NCBI GenBank assembly: GCA_032654565.1
Contig: JAULAX010000018.1
Coordinates: 224,001-288,000 of the forward strand
DNA length: 64,000 nt
Direction: 5' to 3'
From: Anaeromyxobacteraceae bacterium
GTDB lineage: Bacteria; Myxococcota; Myxococcia; Myxococcales; Anaeromyxobacteraceae
Position numbers and translations under genes: made by a program
Notes under the pieces: model-generated
Database searches by the model: none
What the model was told of the DNA's origin: nothing
Seen by the model: the letters and a program-made list of their open reading frames with translations, nothing else
Shown: in pieces, positions 10,489-17,761 of the stretch
How the letters are laid out: each line of letters opens with the position of its first letter
Numbering within the stretch: the first letter of the stretch is position 1

Positions 10489-11949
10489 ATGAAGACCCCA
10501 GCCCGCCGGACCCTGCTCCTCGCCGCCGTCGCCCTGCTCGCCGCCTGCGGCGCCACCCCCGCCGTCGCCCCGGTCCCCCCGGGGGCCTCGACACCCAACA
10601 TGGTCCTCCAGGGGGCCATCACCGCCCGATCCCTCAACCAGATCGTGGTCAACGGGGTCACCGTCACCACCCCGCCGCTGGTCAAGATCGAGGGGGTCGA
10701 GCGGCCCGAGAGCGAGCTGAAGGAGGGGATGGAGGTCCGGGTCAAGCTCCACGCCGACGCCTCCGGCCGTCACGGCGAGGGGCTGGAGGTCCGGTTCGAG
10801 GACGCCGTCAAGGGGAGGGTGGAGGCCAGGGACGCCACCACGCTGTCGGTGGGCGGCCAGACCGTCCGCGTCGACGACACCACCCACTTCGAGGACGACG
10901 TCGCCCGCCTGGCCTCGGTGGCCACCGGTGACCGGGTCCGCGTCTCCGGCGTGCCCGACGACCGCGGCGGCCTGCGGGCGACGCGCATCGACAGGCTGCC
11001 CGGCGTCTCCGACGACTTCGAGCTGAAGGGGATGGTCTCCGGCCTCGGCGCCGGCGGCTTCACGCTCAAGACCTCGCCCGACGCCGGCCCGGCCGACACC
11101 TACACCGTCAACCTGCTGGGCGGTGCCACCCTGCCGGCCGGCCTCGCCGACGGCAGCCTGGTCGAGGTCCGCTCGCTGAAGCCGGTGCAGGCCGGCCAGG
11201 TCATCGAGGCCTCGTCCATCGCCCTCGAGGACCGGCTCTCCGGCGTCGAGGGGGGCGAGAGCGAGCTGGAGGGGATCGTCACCTCCGGCGCCGCCGCCTC
11301 GTTCGTGCTGGCCGGCACCACCGTCACCACCTCGGCCACCACCAGCTGGACCGGCGGCCTCCCCGGCGACCTGCTGCCGGGCGTCAAGGCCGAGGCCGAG
11401 GGCGTGCTCGGTCCGGACGGCGTGCTGGCGGCCACCAAGGTCTGCTTCAAGGCCAGCTCGTACCTGCAAGGGGCGGTCGCCAGCCTGTCGGTGGACGCCG
11501 CCGGGGTCGGCACCTTCACCGTCAACGGCGTGCGGGTGAGCGTCGACGCCCTCACCGAGCAGCGCGACGCGGTGTCGTCGCTGGTGAGCGGTGACCTCGT
11601 CGAGGTCAGCGGCGCGCCGGGGCGTGACGGCCTCTCCCTGGTCTCCACCCGCGTCAAGCGGACCAGCGACGTCCGGCCGGTGATCCGGGGGCTGGTCAGC
11701 GCCAAGGACGCCGCCGCCGGGACGCTGACCATCCTCGGAAAGACCATCTCCCTGGCCGCCCTGGAGTCGGGCGGGCTGCACGCCCACTCCGACGTCTCCG
11801 GCGTGAGCGGCTCCACCATGACCTCGGCCGAGTTCTTCGCCGCCGTGACCCCGGGGATCACCGAGGCCAAGGCGCGCGGCAAGGACCAGGCCGCCTTCGT
11901 CGACCCGGTGCTCACCGCCAGGGAGGTCGAGCTGGAGGGGGACCGGTAG
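10489..11949 (+). CDS. DUF5666-like repeat lipoprotein
   Basis: Lipobox LLAAC; several repeated OB-like units (L/VxG...V.G..V...T......L..G..VEV.G....A..I). Confidence 0.75.
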   Translation: MKTPARRTLLLAAVALLAACGATPAVAPVPPGASTPNMVLQGAITARSLNQIVVNGVTVTTPPLVKIEGVERPESELKEGMEVRVKLHADASGRHGEGLEVRFEDAVKGRVEARDATTLSVGGQTVRVDDTTHFEDDVARLASVATGDRVRVSGVPDDRGGLRATRIDRLPGVSDDFELKGMVSGLGAGGFTLKTSPDAGPADTYTVNLLGGATLPAGLADGSLVEVRSLKPVQAGQVIEASSIALEDRLSGVEGGESELEGIVTSGAAASFVLAGTTVTTSATTSWTGGLPGDLLPGVKAEAEGVLGPDGVLAATKVCFKASSYLQGAVASLSVDAAGVGTFTVNGVRVSVDALTEQRDAVSSLVSGDLVEVSGAPGRDGLSLVSTRVKRTSDVRPVIRGLVSAKDAAAGTLTILGKTISLAALESGGLHAHSDVSGVSGSTMTSAEFFAAVTPGITEAKARGKDQAAFVDPVLTAREVELEGDR

Positions 11950-12013
11950 GGCCCGGAGCCAGGCCTGAGCACCAGGCGGGAGCCGATCCTCTCGCTGCCG
12001 CTTCGGCGGGAAC

Positions 12014-12049
12014 CCGGGGACGGTGGGCCAGTCAGGCCACCGTCCCCGG
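12014..12049. terminator. 13-bp perfect stem-loop between the DUF5666-like gene and the ECF operon
   Basis: CCGGGGACGGTGG (12014-12026) / CCACCGTCCCCGG (12037-12049); no U-tract. Confidence 0.45.
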
Positions 12050-12167
12050 AGCCGTTCCAGGGGTGCATCTGGTGCGGCCCGGAGCCTCCGGCCCGATTAG
12101 ATCCACTCCGGGTTTCCGGGTGGCACGTCCGGGGCGGGTCCGGTGTCATGAAGGATGGAGGCGGTAC

Positions 12168-12662
12168 GTGAGCGAGCACCGCAGCAAGGCGGCGGAGCTG
12201 TACCGGACCCATGGTCCGGCGGTCTACCGTCGCTGCCTGCGGATCCTCAGGGATCCTGAGGCGGCCCGGGACGCGACGCAGGAGGTCTTCGTGAAGCTGA
12301 TCCGCGACATGTCGAAGCTCGAGGACCGCGAGACCGTGCTCCCCTGGATCTACCGGGTGGCCACCAACCACTGCCTCAACCACCGGCGCAACGCCTCCCG
12401 CCGCGGCGAGGACGCCGCCGCCGCGCCGCTGGAGCTGGCCGACTCGGTCCCACCGGACACGTTCCCCGACCGGCAGCTGGCCCAGCTGATCCTCTCCAGG
12501 TTCGACGCCGCCACCCAGACCGTCGCCGTCGGCGTGCTGGTCGACGGCATGGAGCAGGAGGAGGTGGCCGAGGTGCTGGGGCTCTCCCGCCGCACCGTGG
12601 CCCGCAAGCTGGCCCGCTTCCTGGAGCAGGCCCGTCACCAGGTCGACCGGAGCTGGTCATGA
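12168..12662 (+). CDS. ECF-type RNA polymerase sigma factor
   Basis: Region 2 ARDATQEVFVKL...WIYRVATNHCLN; region 4 GMEQEEVAEVLGLSRRTVARKL; GGAGG RBS before GTG 12168. Confidence 0.9.
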   Translation: MSEHRSKAAELYRTHGPAVYRRCLRILRDPEAARDATQEVFVKLIRDMSKLEDRETVLPWIYRVATNHCLNHRRNASRRGEDAAAAPLELADSVPPDTFPDRQLAQLILSRFDAATQTVAVGVLVDGMEQEEVAEVLGLSRRTVARKLARFLEQARHQVDRSWS

Positions 12663-13414
12663 CCGCCCGCTGCCCCTCCGATCTCGCGCTGGAACGTCAC
12701 CTGCTCTCGCCGGAGCGCTCCACGCTCACCGCCCACCTGGCGGCCTGCCCGGCCTGCGCCGCCCGGCTCCAGACCATGCAGCGGCAGGGGGAGGAGTTCC
12801 TCCGCTACGTCTACCCGGCCACGGTGGAGGCGGTGGAGGCGGCCGCGGCCTCCGGACCGTCCGGCGCGGTCCGCTGGCTCCGCTGGCTGGCGCTGGTCCC
12901 GGCCCTCGGCGCCGCCGCCGCCCTGGCGCTCTTCCTCGCCTTCCCATCGGCGCCGCCCGACGACTACCTCGGGATCAAGGGTGGCGGCGCGCTCGGCCTC
13001 ACCGTCTTCGTCCAGGAGGGGGCCAACGCCAGGCCGGTCCGCGACGGCGAGACGGTCCCCGCCGGGGCGGCGCTCCGCTTCCGCGTCCGCACCGCCCGCG
13101 CCTGCCGCCTCTGGGTCCTCTCGGTCGACGGCCGCGGCCAGGTCTCGCGCCTCTACCCGACCCAGGGCGAGGGGGGGGCGGTGCTGGAGCGGACCGCCGA
13201 TCTCCCCGGCGGCGCCCTGCTCGACGGGCTGGCCGGGCCGGAGCGGGTGGTGGCCCTCTGCGCGCCGGAGGCGCTGCCCTGGGCCGGCGCCGAGGCGGCG
13301 GTGCGCGCCGCCTTCCCGGCGCCCGGTCCGGAGCCGGTCCGCCGCGGCGCCGTGGTGGCCGGGCTCCCCGCCGGCGCGGCGCAGGACGCCGTGCTCCTCG
13401 AGAAGCGGCCTTGA
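12659..13414 (+). CDS. Putative zinc-binding anti-sigma factor (HxxxCxxC - TM - periplasmic DUF4384-like Ig domain)
   Basis: HLAACPAC zf-HC2 motif, one hydrophobic helix, then beta-rich domain (LRFRV...LWVLSVDGRGQVSRLYP...GPERVVALC); start overlaps the sigma stop. Confidence 0.8.
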   Translation: MTARCPSDLALERHLLSPERSTLTAHLAACPACAARLQTMQRQGEEFLRYVYPATVEAVEAAAASGPSGAVRWLRWLALVPALGAAAALALFLAFPSAPPDDYLGIKGGGALGLTVFVQEGANARPVRDGETVPAGAALRFRVRTARACRLWVLSVDGRGQVSRLYPTQGEGGAVLERTADLPGGALLDGLAGPERVVALCAPEALPWAGAEAAVRAAFPAPGPEPVRRGAVVAGLPAGAAQDAVLLEKRP

Positions 13415-13416
13415 GC

Positions 13417-14916
13417 ATGCGCCTCCTCGCCGCCGCCCTGGTCCTGGCCCTGCCGCTCCTGGCCGGCGCCACGCCCGGCCGGATCGCGGTGGTGGTCGGC
13501 ATGAACCAGGGGGCCGAGGGGCGCTCCCGGCTCTGGTTCGCCGAGAAGGACGCCGAGCGCTTCCAGCGGGCCCTGGTGGAGCTGGGGGACTTCTCCGCCG
13601 ACGCCGTCGAGCTGCTGCGCGGCCCCACCGCCGGCGCCTTCCGCCAGGCGCTGGTCCGCGCCGAGGCCCGGGTCCAGGCGGCCCGCGCCAGCGGCGAGCG
13701 GACCCTGCTGCTGGTGTTCTACTCCGGCCACGCCGGCGCCGGCGGCCTGGAGTTCGGCGCCGAGCGGGTCGGCTACGACGAGCTCAAGGCGGCGGCGGCC
13801 GGCTCCGGCGCCGAGGCCCGGGTGGTGGTGGTGGACGCCTGCGAGGCCGGCGCCCTGACCCAGGTGAAGGGGGCGCGGGGCGAGGCCCGGGTCGACTTCG
13901 CGCTGCCGGTGGACGAGGTGCGGGGCACCGCCTTCATCGCCTCCACGGCGGTGGGCGAGGCGGCCCAGGAGTCGGCGGCCATCGGCGGCAGCTTCTTCAC
14001 CCACCACCTCGAGGTGGCGCTCCGCGGCGCCGGCGACACCGACGGCGACGGCCAGGTGACGCTGGCCGAGGCCTTCCGCTACACCTCGCAGGCCACCGTC
14101 TCCGACACCTCGGCGACCCGCACCGGCGCCCAGCACCCCACCTACGACTTCCGCATGTCCGGCCGCGGCGACGTGGTGCTGGCCGACCTGCGCCGCGCCG
14201 AGGCCCGGCTGCTGGTGCCGGCCGATCCCGGCGCGCTCTACGTGCTGCGCGGCCCGCGCGGCCTGACCGCCGAGGTGCCGGCCGGGGCGACGGCGCTGGC
14301 GCTGGCCCTGCCGGTCGGCGACTACGCCGTGGAGCGGCGGGCCCGCGACGGCCGCGCCCTCGGCCAGGTCCGGCTCGGCCGCGGCGAGACCCGGGCCCTG
14401 CCGCAGCTGGTGCCGACCCGCTACGAGGTGGCCCGCTCCAAGGGCGGCCCGCTGCCGACCGAGCTCTGGGTGGGCGCCGGCCTGCAGGCCACCGGCCTCC
14501 CCGGCACCGCGGCGCTCCCCGGCTTCCGGCTGGGGCTGCGGCGCGAGGTCGGCCCGCTGGCCCTGGTGGTCCACGCCGACTACGCCGCCGGCGACGTCAC
14601 CGACCGGGGGCTCGGCTATGGCTACACCCGCGCCGGCGGCGGCCTCAGCGTCCTGCTCCCCGTGGTCGGCGGCCGGGCCCTCCTCGAAGGGGGCCTCGAC
14701 GTCGGCGGCGGCTGGAACAGCCAGGCCCTCGGCGACGGGCGCCACTTCGAGACCGGCGACCTGACCGCCGGCCTGGCCGTGCGCGGCTCGATGCCGGTGG
14801 GGCCGCTCCGGGCCGCCCTCGACCTCACCGGCGGCGGCAAGCTCTTCAGCCTGAACGGCGCCCGGGTGATTCGCCCGGTGGCCAACCTCTCCCTGCTGCT
14901 CCTCTACGGGCTCTGA
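13417..14916 (+). CDS. Exported caspase-like (peptidase C14) protease with C-terminal beta-barrel-like domain
   Basis: Signal peptide; catalytic His FYSGHA (about 13729) and Cys VVDAC (13840); AQES...GGSFFTHHL...LRGAGD; EF-hand-like DTDGDGQVT; Q-H-P-T motif; amphipathic strands at the C-terminus. Confidence 0.85.
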   Translation: MRLLAAALVLALPLLAGATPGRIAVVVGMNQGAEGRSRLWFAEKDAERFQRALVELGDFSADAVELLRGPTAGAFRQALVRAEARVQAARASGERTLLLVFYSGHAGAGGLEFGAERVGYDELKAAAAGSGAEARVVVVDACEAGALTQVKGARGEARVDFALPVDEVRGTAFIASTAVGEAAQESAAIGGSFFTHHLEVALRGAGDTDGDGQVTLAEAFRYTSQATVSDTSATRTGAQHPTYDFRMSGRGDVVLADLRRAEARLLVPADPGALYVLRGPRGLTAEVPAGATALALALPVGDYAVERRARDGRALGQVRLGRGETRALPQLVPTRYEVARSKGGPLPTELWVGAGLQATGLPGTAALPGFRLGLRREVGPLALVVHADYAAGDVTDRGLGYGYTRAGGGLSVLLPVVGGRALLEGGLDVGGGWNSQALGDGRHFETGDLTAGLAVRGSMPVGPLRAALDLTGGGKLFSLNGARVIRPVANLSLLLLYGL

Positions 14917-14918
14917 CC

Positions 14919-16337
14919 GTGCGCCTCGCCTGCTCGCCCGCCACGCTGCGCGTCGCCCTGCTGGCCGGGCTGCTCCTCGGCGCCTGCGACGGCACCCTCC
15001 ACGACGCGGCCGGCGTGCCGCCCGCGGCCGGCGGTGGCCCCGACTGCCCCGCCCCCCAGCACATCTGCGGCGGCTCCTGCGTGGTCCAGTCGGTGGCCGC
15101 CTGCGGCCCCTCCTGCCAGGCCTGCACCGCCGGGACCGCCAACGCCACCGCGGTCTGCGAGGCCGGGGGGACCGGCGCCTTCGCCTGCGGCCAGGTCTGC
15201 CAGGCCGGCTGGCTCGCCTGCGCCAGCGGCTGCTGCCGCGCCGCGGCCGTGGCCGCCGGCGACGTCCACGCCTGCGCCGTCACCAGCGACGGCGGCCTGC
15301 TCTGCTGGGGCAAGAACGACGCCGGCCAGCTCGGCCCCGGCGCCGCCGGGCTGCTCCGCTCGGCCCGGCCGGTCACCGTCTTCACCGCGGGCGTCACCGC
15401 GGTGGCCGCCGGGGGGAGGCACACCTGCGCCGTGCAGGGCGGCCTGGTCCGCTGCTGGGGCTCCAACCTGTCGGGCCAGCTGGGCGACGGCACCGCCACC
15501 ACCACCGCGGGCATCGTCTCCACCGGGCTCACCGGCGCCACGGCGCTGGCCCTCGGGGCCGACCACTCCTGCGCCATCGTCGGCAGCGGGGCCGGGGCCT
15601 CGGTGAGCTGCTGGGGGGCCAACGGGTCGGGGCAGCTCGGCACCGGCGACTTCACCGCCCACGCCGCGCCGGTGGCGTCGCTGGTCACCGCAGGGGTCAC
15701 CTCGCTGTCGGCGGCGGGCGACGACACCTGCGCGGTGGCCGCCGGCCAGGCCCGGTGCTGGGGGCTCGACCTCGAGGGTCAGACCGGCTCCCGCGACGCC
15801 TCGACGCCACGCCTGCCCAAGGCGACGCCACAGCTGGTGGGGATCCCGGGCTCGGCGCTCCAGGTGGCCGTCGGCCGGAAGCACGCCTGCGCCACCTCCA
15901 GCGGCGGTGGGACGCCGCTCTCCTGCTGGGGCTCGGGCGGGGAGGGCGAGATCGGGAACGGGCTCCTCGACACGCCGGTGCTGTCGCCGCTCCAGGCCTC
16001 GGTGATCGACAACGGCCAGCGGGCCGCGGTCTTCGTCACCGGCGAGGCCTTCACCTGCTCTGCCAAGGTGGGCGAGGTCTCGATGGTCTGCAACGGGCGC
16101 AACGACCAGGCCCAGTGCGGGCTGGCCCCGACCGGCACCCCGGTGCTGGATCGGAGCGGCCCGTCCTTCGGCGGCGTGGTGCTCTCCGCCGCGGCCGGCC
16201 GCGCCTTCACCTGCGTCCTCGCCGACGTCGGCGGCGCCCCGGTGGTGAAGTGCTGGGGCGCCAACGCCGACGGGCAGCTGGGGCGCGCCACCCCCTCGTC
16301 GGCCCCCTCGCCGACGCCGGAGCTGGTCGAGAACTGA
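14919..16337 (+). CDS. Cys-rich RCC1/BLIP-II repeat lipoprotein
   Basis: Lipobox LLGAC; repeated (A/G)xxHTCA...CWGxNxxGQLG units; GTG 2 nt after the caspase stop. Confidence 0.85.
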   Translation: MRLACSPATLRVALLAGLLLGACDGTLHDAAGVPPAAGGGPDCPAPQHICGGSCVVQSVAACGPSCQACTAGTANATAVCEAGGTGAFACGQVCQAGWLACASGCCRAAAVAAGDVHACAVTSDGGLLCWGKNDAGQLGPGAAGLLRSARPVTVFTAGVTAVAAGGRHTCAVQGGLVRCWGSNLSGQLGDGTATTTAGIVSTGLTGATALALGADHSCAIVGSGAGASVSCWGANGSGQLGTGDFTAHAAPVASLVTAGVTSLSAAGDDTCAVAAGQARCWGLDLEGQTGSRDASTPRLPKATPQLVGIPGSALQVAVGRKHACATSSGGGTPLSCWGSGGEGEIGNGLLDTPVLSPLQASVIDNGQRAAVFVTGEAFTCSAKVGEVSMVCNGRNDQAQCGLAPTGTPVLDRSGPSFGGVVLSAAAGRAFTCVLADVGGAPVVKCWGANADGQLGRATPSSAPSPTPELVEN

Positions 16338-16377
16338 GCCGGCCGGCGTGGCCGGATCCCCGCCGGTCGGGCCCGCG

Positions 16378-17151
16378 CTAGAGCGGATCGGTGATGGTGG
16401 CTCCGTCGATGGTGACCGCCGACTGGGCCAGCAGCCGGCCGATGACCACGCCGCCGGTCTGCACGGTGATGGCGGTCTGGCCGAGGATGATCCCCTCGAA
16501 GTGCGAGGTGGTCCCCAGCGACACGGCGCCGGAGACCTGCCAGAAGACGTTCTTGGCCCGGGCCCCGCCGGTCAGGTTCACCCGCACCGCGTTCCCCACC
16601 GTCAGGCCCTGGGCGATCTGGAAGATCCAGACATCCGAGGCGCCCCCCGAGAGCGTGACGTTGGTGGGGATGAGCAGGCCGGAGCCCCACTTGTAGACGC
16701 CCGCGGTCAGGGTCCGACCGCCGATGTCGCCGGCGCCGAGCTCGGTGACGCCGGCGGCGCGCCCGGCCGCGTCGGTGAAGGCGGTCTGCATGTCGGCGAT
16801 CGCCGTGGTCATGTTGGAGGGCGTGGGCGGCGCGTAGTCGGAGGCGTAGATCCGCCCGGTCACCTGCGGCGCGGTGGCGAACACGTTGGTGGCGTCCATG
16901 GTCAGCGCCAGGCCGGAGATGCCGGCGGCGGCGTTGGGGCTGAGGCCGACGTTGCCGGTGACGGCGCTGGTGGGGACCACCGTGACCGCGGTCTTGGCCA
17001 GCATCACGAAGCCGCCGGCCGCCCCCAGCCCCACCGGTCCGCCGCTGCCCCCCGAGTCGCTGCTGCCGCAGGCGGAGAGGGAGAAGAGCAGGGCGGTCCC
17101 TGCGGCGAAGAGGAAGGAACGGTTCTTCAGGTTGAAGCGCTGGATCGTCAT
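16378..17151 (-). CDS. DUF3494 / ice-binding-like lipoprotein
   Basis: Lipobox LSAC; LAKTAVT, GRIYASDYAPPTPSNMTTAIADMQTAFTDAAGR, GVYKW, WIFQI, AKNVFWQV, GRLLAQSAVT are typical IBP-1 motifs. Confidence 0.88.
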   Translation of the reverse strand: MTIQRFNLKNRSFLFAAGTALLFSLSACGSSDSGGSGGPVGLGAAGGFVMLAKTAVTVVPTSAVTGNVGLSPNAAAGISGLALTMDATNVFATAPQVTGRIYASDYAPPTPSNMTTAIADMQTAFTDAAGRAAGVTELGAGDIGGRTLTAGVYKWGSGLLIPTNVTLSGGASDVWIFQIAQGLTVGNAVRVNLTGGARAKNVFWQVSGAVSLGTTSHFEGIILGQTAITVQTGGVVIGRLLAQSAVTIDGATITDPL

Positions 17152-17345
17152 GCGTGACTCCTGGTGAGGTGGTGAGGCGGATCCCGCGCTGAGTTCTCGG
17201 GGTCCGTCGCCACCCACCATGGTCTGCACGGGGCATACCCCTAGGGGTCGGCCCCAAGCTGGCGTGATTGCGGCCGAGTCCGAAGCGCGACGCGGCCAGC
17301 GCGCCGTTCACGAACGTTCGCAGGGTCCGGTTCGGAGAGCTGCCG

Positions 17346-17676
17346 GAGCCGGGGCTGGCCGGCGAGTGCCTGGCGCGCAGCGGGCTGCACGTCGCCGAGC
17401 TCGGCGGCGCAGCGCAGCGTCGAGGGGGTGCAGCCGCGCCTGCAGCTGGTGCTGGAGCGGCGCGACGGCGAGGACCAGGTGACGGTGCTGGTCGAGGTGG
17501 ACGAGGGGACCTTCTTCGACGAGATGAAGCGGCAGGCCGAGCTGAAGGGGGCCATCCAGCGCCGGCTGGCCACGGCGCTGGGCGTGGCCGTCGAGGTGAA
17601 GCTGGTGGGGCCCCGGGCCCTGGAGCGGGGAGGGGAGAAGGGGGCGCGGGTGGTCGATCGGCGCGGGCCGGGCTGA
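17346..17676 (+). pseudogene. paaK: Remnant of phenylacetate-CoA ligase (PaaK-like): two non-contiguous fragments in different frames
   Basis: EPGLAGECLARSGLHVAE (17346-17399) and VEGVQPRLQLVLER...VEVKLVGPRALERGGEKGARVVDRR (17419-17676); N-terminus and central part missing. Confidence 0.7.
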
Positions 17677-17761
17677 TCCGTCGCCGGCGCGCGCCCGGCC
17701 AGGCCTGTCGGATCCGGTCCGCGCCCCGGGCCGGAGGGGAAGGCGGGTGCGCGAAGCGGTG

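Noticed and set aside
12121..12135. Sigma54 promoter TGGCAC-GTCCG-GGGC before the ECF gene
   Set aside because: The spacing fits, but the -12 element lacks TT and the region is better explained by the motif shared with 10443-10455
12981..14918. 1118-aa ORF N-terminal part as real protein
   Set aside because: It overlaps the anti-sigma and caspase genes in another frame and is Arg/Pro-rich shadow translation; the real gene starts at GTG 14919 with a lipobox
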